A DNA stretch of 62,991 nt, filler included. It is 11 parts of 11 records of this genome, joined end to end, with 100 filler letters (N's around TTAATTAATTAA, not from the genome) between each part and the next. Parts side by side here need not be neighbours in the genome. Positions count along the whole stretch, not along the records: positions 1 to 5,609 come from SRR7504441_1032; positions 5,710 to 10,210 come from SRR7504441_1035; positions 10,311 to 16,999 come from SRR7504441_1038; 8 more parts are not named here. One strand, given 5' to 3'. Numbering within the stretch: the first letter of the stretch is position 1; the number at the start of each line of letters is the position of its first letter. Positions 1-11,139 of this stretch are shown in pieces. The notes below the pieces were generated by a model. The model was not told the origin of the DNA and did no database searches. It was given only the letters and a program-made list of their open reading frames with translations. The translations under genes and the position numbers were made by a program.

Positions 1-264
1 AGTCCTCAAGACTCGTGAAGGTGCCTCTCATCTGGTCATTTTGTGCTGGTCGTATCCGTTGACAACCGGGCGCGGACGACTCAGGAAAAAAAAAATCATC
101 ATACCGAAAATGGCTTGAAGGCTGCGAATGGTGGTGGTCCTGTTGCCACGCCCACCGGGGAAGCCGGCCCCGGTCCGGCACCGGCCCCGACCGGCGCGGA
201 GCAGCCCACCTAAGCCGAGCCCGCGCCCAGCCCCACAGCCATTTTGTGAAAGAACTGGGCCATT

Positions 265-573
265 TTGTACTCAAGCACGAGCGCGTGGTGCCGCCTGTGC
301 CCCACAGGACTCAGCAACAAGGGCCACTGGCTGTCACCGCCAGCAGCCTTGGATCGAGACCACCGCCAGGCCCGCCTGCCCCCCGACCCCAAGGCTGTTC
401 GGCTGTATCTCAAGGCAGCTGAGGCTGGCAGTTCTGATGCCCACTATCAGCTAGGAATCATGTACTCCAAAGGCCAGGGTGTTGCTCAGGATAAGGAGAA
501 AGCTGCAGACTTCTTTGCGAAGGCTGCAGATCTACAGCAGGCAGACGCAGAGTCTAGGCTCCATAACAAATGA
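265..573 (+). CDS. Sel1-like repeat protein (5' structure uncertain)
   Basis: KAVRLYLKAAEAGSSDAHYQLGIMYSKGQGVAQDKEKAADFFAKAADLQQADA fits the Sel1 repeat consensus; start not resolved. Confidence 0.6.
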   Translation: MYSSTSAWCRLCPTGLSNKGHWLSPPAALDRDHRQARLPPDPKAVRLYLKAAEAGSSDAHYQLGIMYSKGQGVAQDKEKAADFFAKAADLQQADAESRLHNK

Positions 574-977
574 TGAGAGGACCGAAACGCTCGGCGCAAT
601 CATGGCTGGCTCGAGGAAGCAAGTGATGGAGGCGCTCATGCAAGGAAACAAATGACATAATGTATAGATTACGTCGAGAACAGCGACATAGTCGTGTGTG
701 GACCTTTGGTGTTGACTAGAGCAATAAGATGTGTCAAGGCGCGCTATGAACAGTTCATAATCAATCCAAGCACATGACTTGTATCATCGTATACAATGTC
801 ATGGTGTCGCGCTTATTTGGGTTTCAAAATTATGTGGATCCGTTCACGAATTATATATAAACATTCATGATAACCTTCTTTGTAAAATTAATCCCACGTG
901 ATTCACTCCCGACCACCATGCTCTCGATAATATCATGAACGGTCACGACGCCAACCACAAGATGTCCCCTCTCGCCG

Positions 978-3257
978 TTAGTGCGAAAACTGGCGAGTGT
1001 CACTGCTGCTCCTCTTTCCATAGGGGTTCGTAGCAGAAAACGCGTGGCCTGAGGACTCAGCGACCTTTCCCTACAGATAGCCTCAGTACCCAAGCAGAAC
1101 GGTGTTTGTGCACCTGCCAGCCAGGTTGCTTGTTCTTCTTGGACCGCTTCTTGTCTCCACGCATACTCGCTGAGAAGTTGAGCTGGACTCTGGGTGGCAC
1201 TTGCAGTCCGACTGCCTTGGCTACGAGCTGCCAGCCACAACTCAGGTCCGTCTGCAGCTGGTCGCAATCACCTGAAGGTCTAGAGTGTTGACGTTGAACA
1301 CATCCTTAAGTGAATGCGAGGCATAGGCTTGCAGGTAAGAGCGGTAAGCGTCCCTGGCCGACATGTTGAGGTGATAGTTCTTGTCGACTAGCTTCTCTAA
1401 CTGCGCCTGCCCAACCACTGAAACCCTCGAAATCGAGGTGCGGCCTACCTGCACGTTGCTCAGTTTCTTGATTGGCAGCTCGTATTCATTCAGCGGCACT
1501 TTAGCTTGCTTGAGATACTTCAAGAAACGCAGCTCCTCCGGCAGCAGCACAATTAGCGCCCGGCCCTTGCCTGCCGCTCTAGTCAGCCCTGCTGGCTGGA
1601 GAATGGTGCCTTTATCGCCACGAGCCGTCCGCCCCACCCTATGGATATACTCGCGAGGGTCATCCGGCGGGTCGTATTGAATAATCCAGTCCACGGCTGG
1701 GATGTCAAGCCCACGCGCGGCCACGTCCGTGCAGAGCAGAATGCCCTGAACTTTGGTGAGCCGCCGCGGTCGACAGGGGCTCACCTGGGATGCAGAGCAG
1801 TACTCGAAAAATGTCTGGGTGCGTTTTGTCTGCTTCTGGTTGCCGTGGAGGTCCTTGCACGGGATGTCGATATAGTTGAGTAACTCCGCGTGGAACTTGA
1901 CCGAATTGCACGACGAGAAAAACACAATTACCTGACACAATTGCGCTCGACGGACCGACCGGGACTCCGTCGAACCTTCTTTTTCATGTTCTTCTTGAGA
2001 AATGTGAATAAGAGCAGGAACCGCTTGTCCGCGGGGCACACCACATAACCCTGCGCCGACGTTCGCCCGGAGCCGATGGGGCGTGCCACCTGCTGCAGTC
2101 CTGCCACGGTCGCACTCACCTTTGAGTCATCTACTCCCACGTATCTGCCCGAACTCAGCCCGACCCGAGCAGCCAGCGCACAGCGGGTCTTTGAGACTCA
2201 TCCGAGCCAGGTCCTCCGTCTTGCGAGTCTGCGTGGCTGAGAATAGCATGGCCTGCCACCCAGTCACGACCCGGTCCAGCTCGGTCGATGCCTGTCTCTC
2301 AGTGGGTAGCAGCCTCAGGATTTGGTGCATGTCTTCTTCGAACCCGATCTCAAGGATCCGGTCGGCCTCGTCGATCACCAGGCACTGCAGGTTCTTGTAC
2401 ACAAACCCGCGCGTGTTCTGCAGGTGGTCGAGCAGTCGTCCAGGCGTGCTCACCAAGATGTTAATCCCCTTCTGCAGCTTGTCAGCCTCCACCTGCCCGC
2501 GCTCGGCCCCGCACCCACCCCCGCATCCACCTTGCGCGTCACCCCGCCCATTACGAGCCCGTGGGTCAGCGTGTGGTACTTGCACAGCTCACGGAGCACT
2601 CCGTATATCTACCCCCTCGCTCGGCTGTGTCGCCCACAGCCCGGTGACACCTGGAGCGCGAGCTCACGGGTGGGCGAGATCACCACCACGCCGGTGCCGT
2701 TCCGCGGCTTGAACTCGACTGACGACAGCAGCTCCACCGCTGTCGAGACTGCCGTCACTCCGGAGCCTGGCGCGGGGCGCACCGGGCACGAGGAAAGCCA
2801 GGGTCTTGCCGGATCCGGTCTGGGCGGCGCCTAGCAGGTCGCGCCCGCCCATCAGCGGTGTGATCGACTCGGCCTGGATGTGGGTGAGGTACTCGAACCC
2901 CATGTCCTTGAGCGCCATCTGGGTCCGCTCGCTGAGCTGCAGCTGGTCGAACCGCATCTCACTGCAGATCCCGGGCTTGCACGGCTCGGCAGGGGCCTCC
3001 GACGCCGCCTCTGCCGGTGCAGCCGACGCGGCGGCCGGCTGCTCGGCTTTCGATTTCTTCTTTTTGGGCCGGGCGGCAGCGGTGGGCGCGCTGGGCTCTT
3101 CGGCCGCCTCAGGCGCAGTCTCAGGCTGTTGCTTCTTCTTCTTCACGCGCTTGCGCTTGCGCTGGGCTGGGCTGGCAGCGGCGTGCGGGTCCTCCTGCGC
3201 GCCCACCGTCAGCCCGCCTCGCGCCCTGCAGGGCCGCACTGCTGTTTCGTCCGGCAT
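978..3257 (-). CDS. DDX18: DEAD-box RNA helicase DDX18/Has1, multi-exon
   Basis: Spliced model gives [53 protein letters not shown] and Has1-type [13 protein letters not shown] and [11 protein letters not shown]; about a dozen short introns, two GC-AG; TAA at 978-980. Confidence 0.93.
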
Positions 3258-3305
3258 ACTCCGTGTAGTGGGTCTGGTCGCGCGTGTGGCGGGAACGAGC
3301 CGTTG

Positions 3306-5414
3306 ATGGCGTCCAAGGCTGCTGCGCAGTTGGATGGGCTACTCGAGGCGGCCCGGGTGGCGCGCAAGCGGATCACCGAGCTGGAGACCGAGCTCGCGCG
3401 GTACAAGACGATGGAGGCGCCCCCAGGGCCGGGCTGGCGCCGAACGGCGGGGCAGGGCCAGATCGTGATGCAGGAGCGCAAGTTGAGCCAGATGCAGCAG
3501 GCCTTCGACAGGGAGCAGCAGCGGCGGCAGCAGCAGCTCGACGATGCCCAGCAGCAGCGGGACGAGGTAGGCGCACCCGCCGCTCCGCCGGCCGACCGGG
3601 CGTGGCAGGCGGTGAGCCGGGCGGGGATGCTCGAGAAGCAGTTGGCTGAGCTTCGGGATCGGATGGCCGAGCAACGGTCCCGGGGGGACGCAGGGGAGCT
3701 GGCCCAGGCGGAGGTAACGGCGCTCAAGCAGCAGCTGCGCCAGCAGGCTGACCAAGCAGTTCAGCTGGAAGCGGATGTGGAGGCGCTCCGGCAGCAGCTG
3801 CGGCAGCACGCCGAGAAGGCGGTGGCGGCCGAGCGGCAGATCGAGCAGCTCAAACGGCAGCTGGCCGATTCGGAGCGCCGGGCCGAGCAGGCCGAGCAGA
3901 GCTGCCGGGCCGCCCAGGGACAGATGAGTCACTCAGCGTCGGCGGCTGAACAACGGGCTGAGCAGCTGGATCGGGAGCTGGCGCGGGAGCGGGAGGGGCA
4001 CCAGGCGACCCGGGGGCGGCTGGAGGGGCTGGACCGGGAGCTGGCGGAGCTGCGGGCCAAGTTGGAGAAGGAGCGCAAGATGAAGCTTGACTGGGTGGTC
4101 GCAGCGCAAGGGTCAGAGCAGCAGCTGCAGCAGCGGGTGAAGCAGCTAGAAGCGCAGCTGGCCGCCGGGAGCCAGGGTAGCGACGAGCTGGCCCGTGCGC
4201 GGGATGAGCTGGCCGAGTGTGATGAGGAGCTCCGGGTGTGCCGGGCGCAGCTCGAGGGCATGCAGGGCCAGGCTGCTGCAGGGAGCTCGGAGGCAGCAGA
4301 TAGGGTCGCGGCAATACAGCAACTGAAGCATCAGCTGGCGATGGCCAACAAGCGGTTAGCCGAGCTGGAAGAGCAGCGGGAGGCCGATCAGGCCGCGCTG
4401 GCCAGCTTGGAGCAAGAGAGGGCTGTTGCTCAGCAGCAGCTGGAGCGGACCAAGCAGGAGCTGCAACAGAGTTCGTCGGTTTCGTCAGAGCTGGCTAGGC
4501 TGCGGACTGAAAGGGACGGGTTGAAGCGGGAGGTGGACCGGCTGACGGCTCAGAGAGACCGAGTGCAGCAAGCGCTGGACGAGAGCCAGGGCGAGCGGCG
4601 GAAGCTGCAGGAGGCAAATGCTGGCGTTGCGAGCAGCAGTGCGGATGAGAAGTTGAGACTCAACGCTGAGCTGGCCGAGGCGAGCGCCGAGCGGGATCGG
4701 CTGGGGATGGAGCTGGCGCTGTGCGGGGAAGAGAGGGACAGGCTGGCGCAGGCAGTCAGCAGGCTCGAGGCCGAGGTGGAGACGCTGACTAGCAGGCTGA
4801 GTGAGAGCAAAAGGGCGCAGCTGGAGGCCGAGGCTAGCAGGGAGCGTGCCGAGAAGGCGCTGACGCTGGACCGAGCGGAGCGGTCGAAGCTAGTTGAGGC
4901 GAGCGGCCGGGCAGCCGGGATGGAGGGGCGTATGATGTCTATCGAGGCCGATCTGGCAAGCACTCGGAGGGAGCGGGATGAGCTGAGGCGACGGTCGGAT
5001 GCAGAGCGGGCAGAATTGGAGAAAAAGCTGCGCGAGCTGCAGAGGAGTGCCACCCAGACCGCGGCGGACAAGGTCAAGCTCGAGCGGAGGGTGAGGGAGC
5101 TGCAGGAGGAGGACGAGTCGAGCATGCTCGCGCTGGCCGGGCGTGGCCGGGAGCTGGACGAGCTGCAGGAACGGTTGAATCGTCTGGAGCTGGAGAAGGC
5201 GGAGGGCGAGGCGAGGGTTTCGGCCGAGCAGGTGCCTGGTTGGGCGGGCGCGGGTGAGCGGTCGCAGGCGCGAGTGGAGGCTGAGTTGCTCAAGACGGTG
5301 GATGAGCTGCAGGAGGAGTTGGACGGGTATCGGAAGGAGGAACGGGACGTGGCCGAGGCGGCCAAGCGGGCCCGGCTGGACGAGCGGGAGGCCTGGATCA
5401 GTAGTCTCCGGTAA
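3306..5414 (+). CDS. Long coiled-coil protein; the last GTAAGC may be a donor, so the gene may run off the contig
   Basis: ATG 3306 ([14 protein letters not shown]); E/Q/R/L/A heptad-rich; in-frame introns at 3417-3455 (GC-AG) and two GT-AG. Confidence 0.7.
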   Translation: MASKAAAQLDGLLEAARVARKRITELETELARYKTMEAPPGPGWRRTAGQGQIVMQERKLSQMQQAFDREQQRRQQQLDDAQQQRDEVGAPAAPPADRAWQAVSRAGMLEKQLAELRDRMAEQRSRGDAGELAQAEVTALKQQLRQQADQAVQLEADVEALRQQLRQHAEKAVAAERQIEQLKRQLADSERRAEQAEQSCRAAQGQMSHSASAAEQRAEQLDRELAREREGHQATRGRLEGLDRELAELRAKLEKERKMKLDWVVAAQGSEQQLQQRVKQLEAQLAAGSQGSDELARARDELAECDEELRVCRAQLEGMQGQAAAGSSEAADRVAAIQQLKHQLAMANKRLAELEEQREADQAALASLEQERAVAQQQLERTKQELQQSSSVSSELARLRTERDGLKREVDRLTAQRDRVQQALDESQGERRKLQEANAGVASSSADEKLRLNAELAEASAERDRLGMELALCGEERDRLAQAVSRLEAEVETLTSRLSESKRAQLEAEASRERAEKALTLDRAERSKLVEASGRAAGMEGRMMSIEADLASTRRERDELRRRSDAERAELEKKLRELQRSATQTAADKVKLERRVRELQEEDESSMLALAGRGRELDELQERLNRLELEKAEGEARVSAEQVPGWAGAGERSQARVEAELLKTVDELQEELDGYRKEERDVAEAAKRARLDEREAWISSLR

Positions 5415-5609
5415 GCATCAGGTATCAGTTCAAGGTATAGCTTCAGCTGCAGATCTGGGGTGTCTGCAGTTTATAGTGAATACAAATTATACAGTCTCTA
5501 TTTTACTCGATCGCCTTGCCGGGAGAAGTACATGTAAATTTATTAAACTGAGACATCCAGCCAACTCAGCTTAATTCACCGATCTAATAGCCCACTATAA
5601 GGCATCTTC

Positions 5610-5709
5610 NNNNNNNNNNNNNNNNNNNNNNNNNNNNNNNNNNNNNNNNNNNNTTAATTAATTAANNNNNNNNNNNNNNNNNNNNNNNNNNNNNNNNNNN
5701 NNNNNNNNN
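5610..5709. other. Artificial contig linker; same linker at 10211-10310, 17000-17099, 22013-22112, 27595-27694, 31210-31309, 35302-35401, 42192-42291, 49583-49682, 59413-59512
   Basis: Identical 100-nt N-run/TTAATTAATTAA/N-run blocks with stops in all six frames. Confidence 0.97.
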
Positions 5710-6630
5710 CCCCCCCCCTGGACAACGGCCGATTGAGCGCTGGGCCGGCAGGGTCCGCCAGCTCAAGACCGCCTCCGGGATCGTGGTCCGGTCGGCCAAG
5801 GCAGGCACCAAGCTCCCCCCGGGCAGCCAGCCCAAGATATACCTGCCACCCAGCCGACCGGCTCCTGCCAGCATCGCCGGCGCGTCGCAGCAACCCGCCA
5901 GCCTGGCCCGGCTCGGGTTCCTGCCTCCGCCCAAGAACGGCCCGGTTGCCAGCGTCAACCCGCCGGCCGCCCTGCCTCGGCCCAAGCGAAAGCAGCCCAC
6001 CCAGCCGGTGGAGGATGATGACGATGATGACGACGCGGGCGACGGCCTGTTCGGCGCGGGCCTGGTCGGACGGCCACGCTCCCCGGAGGAGCCGGCGGCG
6101 GTGGAGCCGGCGGCGCGGCCCGATGAGGAGATCGAGGGCCCGATGATGGGCCCGGCCCGACCCCCGGCGGAGGGGCCGGCGGTGCAGCAGCCGGTGGTGC
6201 AGCCGGAGTGGGCGCTGCCGCAGTTTGACTACTTGCATGACCAGAATGCCAACAGCAAGAAGCGACGGAGTGAGCAGCTGCCAGATTTGTCGCAGATGGT
6301 TGAGATAAACGCCGCCCAGGCAGGGCCCGCCCGGCGGGGCCCGGGTAGATCGGGCGGCAGGTGTCGTCGACGGACCACTGGACCGAGGAGTACAAGCAGG
6401 AGCTGGCAGCCATGCACGCGAACAAGGCGCAGGCGAAGGTTGAAGTTCCGATTTTCAATAAGGCCGGCGGAGAGATGAAAATGTGCTCCGCCGAATCGCG
6501 GCAGGCCAAACGGAAGCACCAGATCCATACGCTGGCACTGCAGGCCAAGCAGCGTGAGGCTGAGTTGAATGTGCGCGGGATGCAACATAAAAAGACCAAG
6601 GCGCAGACGTACGGTCGATACGGCTGGTGA
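5710..6630 (+). CDS. PRCC: PRCC-like proline-rich protein (5' partial)
   Basis: Pro-rich N-part, then KRKHQIHTLALQAKQREAEL...KAQTYGRYGW, which resembles the PRCC C-terminal domain; GC-AG intron 6320-6360 joins the frames. Confidence 0.75.
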
Positions 6631-6846
6631 TAGCAGTAAAATAGCTATAGTTTGTATAGTTTGGGGTCACAACGCACACGCAGCTGGCGTCGGCCTTAGG
6701 CGGCCTAGCCGGCTGCATTACGCCCATAGCCTGACCAAAGGCCGACCTTGAGGTCTACCTGAGGCCGAGCTGGGAGCGCACGCCTAGAGAAAGCAGGACA
6801 AGACTATCCACGTGCTCACGTGCTGAGCTGGCCATGCTGCCGGGGC

Positions 6847-7249
6847 TCAGGCGCCGTACTTCTTGAACTGATCGTGGATCGTCTCAACGTACTTCTTCTT
6901 GGCGTCGTCCTGAGACATGCCTGCGGCCCGCTCGCCCGGCCAGTCGGCCCCGTGTGGGCGCCTTTGTGCTTATTCCAGGCGTCCCACTTGGACTTACCCT
7001 CGAAGCTGAACATGCCCGGCCGCTCGATGTTGACGTCCCCAACCGTGGCCTGCTTGTAAAACCCGTAAGCTGTCAGTTTCTCCTCGTTGCTCGCCTGCCC
7101 CGCCGTCGCCCCCGCAGCGCCGGGGGGCGCGCGTTCTTGCCCGTGTCCCAGGTTTTGACGAAATCGGCGCACGACTCGAAGCTCTCGCCTGCCGCCCGGC
7201 CGCCCCTCAGCCCCCAGCGCCCGAGCCTTTCGCTGCCTGGCTCGCTCAT
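6847..7249 (-). CDS. ACBP: Acyl-CoA-binding protein
   Basis: Spliced: [18 protein letters not shown]...[55 protein letters not shown]; introns 7189-7236, 7095-7132, 6921-6961. Confidence 0.9.
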
Positions 7250-7645
7250 TGTTGGTCAGGAGTGGCCCGGAGCTCGTGCCGTTTGGCAATCGAGAAGGGA
7301 GCAGCTGATGGCCGCCGTCCATGTTGCTAGGCCTGGGACTAAGTTCCTCTAGTCTCTGTGCTTTGTTTCGGCTCTCGCCTTTCTCCTCGTCTCTTTCGAC
7401 CCGTGGATTCTATTGGTCTTGCTTTTTGCTTTTGTTCTCTAAGCGTCTAAGGTAACCCGCGGGCGACGAACGCGACGAATGAGGGCAATCCCGAACACTC
7501 GATCCCGTATAGGATCGAGGGGGTACCCTACTCTAGTAGACCTGTCCGATGACCTCACCGGGTGAGAACTGAATGCTCGGTCTCAATCCTCAAGACACTA
7601 CACGTGGGAGCCATCGAATCTAATTCCCGCTGCAGATCTGATCTG

Positions 7646-8313
7646 ATGAACGAGGCTGAGATGCCGTTACAAGCGCAAAGCAGAATGCCGAGGCTGCCGT
7701 CTCACTTCGTTGAGGGCGTCACCTTTCCGCATGAGTCCCTGGTGCCTAGCCCCGGGGTCCGGCCTGAGCCCTGTTCAGCGTCAGTTTGACCTGTCCACCA
7801 ACCCCCTCTCCTGGGACCCGCACAACCTGCCGCCCCGCCAAGGTGGCACGCCCGCCGCAGCCGGACCCAACCTGCCCGCAGCCGCCGATCAGCTGCTGAC
7901 CCCGCATTCGGATCTGGAGGCCTGCCTGTGCCACCGCCGGCAGTTCTCCTCGCTCCACGACCGAATCGCCGCCCGCCGGTCCCTGAACCCCGCCGGCTCC
8001 GGCTGAGCCGCAGCAGGGCTGAGTATGTCAAGCTTCCCGATCGGGTGCGTGGGGCGCTCACCGGCGACGGGGCCTGGCTACGCTGGCACGGTGTGGGCTG
8101 GCTATGGGGCAGGCTGAGCGTGGGCTGCAGGCCGAGCCGAGGCGGGGCTGACTAGGTCGCAGGACATGGTGCCCGCGGTGCCGGTGTGGGGCGAGCGCGC
8201 CTGCAGGTTACGGGCCGCTCCCGGTGGGATGGACGGGTGGAGTCGTGCCATAATGGCTCCATCCCGAGGATCCCGATGACAGACAGGAGTCTGGTGGCCC
8301 CAGATGGCACTAG
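7646..8313 (+). CDS. Hypothetical small multi-exon gene
   Basis: GC-rich segment with several ~37-45 nt intron-like units carrying branch motifs; no recognisable domain, ends uncertain. Confidence 0.3.
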
Positions 8314-8560
8314 GCATTGAAACCTGAATCGTACTCCCGGCGAATCATTGATCAACGTACGGTAAGTACTTGTTATTATTAAATAGATTTAAGTCTTGTT
8401 GAGCGTATGAACATGTTTGAATACCTTGTATTTGATTGTTTAATCAACGTGCGAGTGATTAGTTGGGGCGGTAACTAGATCAAATCTAATAAACCCGCCA
8501 GCTATTCGACCTTCAGTGGCTATAGGAGCTCTTGGCGGTAGTGTCGTGATCGCGCAGTGC

Positions 8561-10133
8561 TCAGGCGTAGCTGCGCTGGATCGGTTTGATCTGGCGCTTG
8601 CTGTGGAGCACCCTAGCTTGCTCGAAGAACCGCGAGTGGGTCGGCCGGGGGATGAACTTGCCGTAGCCGCGCAGGCCGTCCTCATCGAGAACCCCGTCGT
8701 TGTAGGTCACCCGGCCGCGGAGCACCGTAAACTTGTTGACTCCCTGCACCTCCATCCCCTCAAAGATGTTGAAGTCGCACTTCTGGTACTGAGCGGCCTG
8801 AGAGATCACCCGCGTGGCTGCTGGGTCCCACACGCATATATCCGCATCCGCACCCTCCCTGACTACCCCCTTGCGTGGGTAAATGTTAAAGATCTTGGCT
8901 GCGTTGGCCGAGCATACCTCCACGAACTGGTTGCGCGTGAGCCGGCCCGAGTTCACCCCGTGATGCCACAGAATGCTCATCCTGTCCTCGAGTCCGCCAG
9001 TCCCGTTCGGAATCAGCCGGAAATCCTCCCGGCCGGCCATCTTCTGTTCAGTTGTGAACGAGCAGTGATCAGTGGCAGTGGTCGAGGCGGTGCCGCTGGT
9101 GAGAGCATTCCAGAGGGTCTCTTGGTGCTTCTTTGGCCTGAACGGAGGGCTCATCACGAAGTGGGCCGCCTCCCTCCAGTCGGGGTTGTTGTAGACCGAA
9201 TCGTCCACTACCAGGTGCTGGGAGAGCACCTCGGAGAAGCACACCTGCCCGCGGGCCTTGGCGAGCGCCACCGCCTCCATCGCGTCCTTGCTCGAGGTGT
9301 GCACAATGTACACTGGAATTCCAATCATCTCACCGATACGAAGCGCCCGATTGGCGGCCTCGCCCTCCACCTCTGGCGGCCGGGAGGCCGGGTGGCCCTC
9401 AGGGCCGGTCACCCCAGCGTCGAACAGCTGCTGCTGCAGGTGGGAGACCACCTCGCCATTCTCAGCGTGGATCGTAGCCATGCACCCAAGCTCGGCGCAA
9501 CGGGAGAATGAATTGACCAGGATCTCGTCGTCGGCCATGATCGCGCCCTTGTACGCCAGGAAGTGCTTGAACGAGTTGACCCCGAGCCCGGCCAGCGTGC
9601 CCATGTCTTCGTACACCGAGTCGTCCCACCAGGTGATGGCCACATGGAAGGAATAGTCCCCAGCCGCCTTGCTCGCCCACTGATTCCACTGCTCCCAGGC
9701 CTCCATCAGCCGCATCCCCTTGCCCGGGATCACGAAGTCCATCAGCATTGTGGTGCCTCCCGTCTGGGCCGCCGCCAGACCGGTGTAGAAGTCATCGATC
9801 GCTCGGGTGCCTGCCCGCCCGCTAAGCCGGCCAGCGGGCGTCCGGGGCACCCATAAACGGGATCTCCATGTGGGTCTGCGGATCGATCCCGCCCGGCATC
9901 ACGTAGCACCCGTCGGCCTCGATCGTGGTCACATCCAGCCCGGCGGGCGGCTCGATCGTCTCGGCGACCGCCGCGATCTTCTCGCCGATGCAAAGCACAT
10001 CTGCTTTGAGCTCGATGTCCGCGTTCACCACGGTGCCTCCACGCACCAGCACCGCCTTGTCTTGGCCGGTGACGTTCGAGAACAGCCGCCGGCCCGCCGG
10101 GAGGAGCCTCCTAGTCGCACGCATTGCCAGCAT
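8561..10133 (-). CDS. DPYS: Dihydropyrimidinase / D-hydantoinase with N-terminal presequence
   Basis: VMPGGIDPQTHM, GGTTMLMDF, GVNSFKHFLAYK, IHAENG, SRPPEVEGEA, YIVH, VMSPP, ATDHC, IPNGTGGLEDRM, GADAD; one short intron near 9811-9850. Confidence 0.93.
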
Positions 10134-10310
10134 GGCCCAGCTGCGAACATCGTCAACGGCCGGCTTTGAGCTTGACAGCGCGACGCCGCATGCACCGGAG
10201 CGAAGGTACGNNNNNNNNNNNNNNNNNNNNNNNNNNNNNNNNNNNNNNNNNNNNTTAATTAATTAANNNNNNNNNNNNNNNNNNNNNNNNNNNNNNNNNN
10301 NNNNNNNNNN

Positions 10311-10832
10311 GACGCCCTGAGCCCTGGGCTGCAGGTCGGCAGGGATGTTCTCTTTCAACAGCTTGCTAGTCTCGCTTTCCCAGGCCCGCATGGGAATGGC
10401 CTCGATGGATCACTTAGAACGATCCCGCCTGGAGGAACAACGCGATCGGACATCCAGACAAGCTGCAGCTACCTTGTTAGCAGCAATTATGCGCAGCTAT
10501 CTTGCCCGTAAGAATTTGCAACAAAGAATTGCTGCTGCGCACGCTGAAAAGGAGAAGGAAGAGGAGAAAGAAGCATCTGTTGGTGTCACCATACTAGCTA
10601 GTGATCTTGAAATCAAAGACGAGAAGTTGGATCTATAACAATGTCTTCGAGAACAGCAATGAAAAGGTTCCAATTTTCTCCAGAGAGCACTTGGAACATC
10701 GCAATGTTGGATGCCAGAAATGGGTTCAGACCGGGAGCTCCAGCAAAGTTTGACCTGAGGTCTTCCCAAGATACTTCGTTAGGTGATTCGCCGAACACCT
10801 GCATCCCACCTCTTCCACACAGTACCGATTAG
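10311..10832 (+). CDS. 3' fragment of a gene with an IQ-like motif
   Basis: AATLLAAIMRSYLARKNL is IQ-like; fragment at contig start. Confidence 0.35.
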
Positions 10833-11139
10833 GATCTTTGTTTGGATCGGACTTGTGCTCCAAGTCCGGTTTGAGCTCTATCGACACCGCGCTCGGGTCG
10901 GGCTTCATCCTCGACTAGGCCGCGCTCCGGCAGTCAGCACAGGCCGGGAGCAGTCACAGCGCCCTGCTGGACCCCGTCCAGCCCAGCGCGGTGCATCAGC
11001 CGACCGGGGCCAGGCACCCAGGCTGCGCCCATAAGGGCTCCCAGCTAGCTGCAGCTGGCAACGGACAACTGCAAGTGCTCACCGCCGGGCGCTGTGACGC
11101 CTACCTGGTCTGTCCAGGCCCGGGAGGAGAGCCCGAGCG

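Noticed and set aside
568-592. Hammerhead-like TGATGAG...GAAAC
   Set aside because: Lacks the C of CTGATGA and a stem II; overlaps the Sel1 stop codon
2880-3305. N-terminal extensions in the ORF track (also 40058-40456) implying overlapping genes
   Set aside because: They are the antisense of the neighbouring gene; better ATGs at 3306 and 40457
5610-5709. Repeated TTAATTAATTAA as a biological repeat
   Set aside because: Always centred in identical N-runs; an assembly concatenation linker
7497-7520. Hairpin CTCGATCC...GGATCGAG with nearby GATGA/CTGA boxes
   Set aside because: Isolated hairpin; no coherent ncRNA box arrangement or guide
8516-9511. Long antisense ORFs here and opposite many other genes
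   Set aside because: Shadows of GC-rich codon usage opposite recognisable genes
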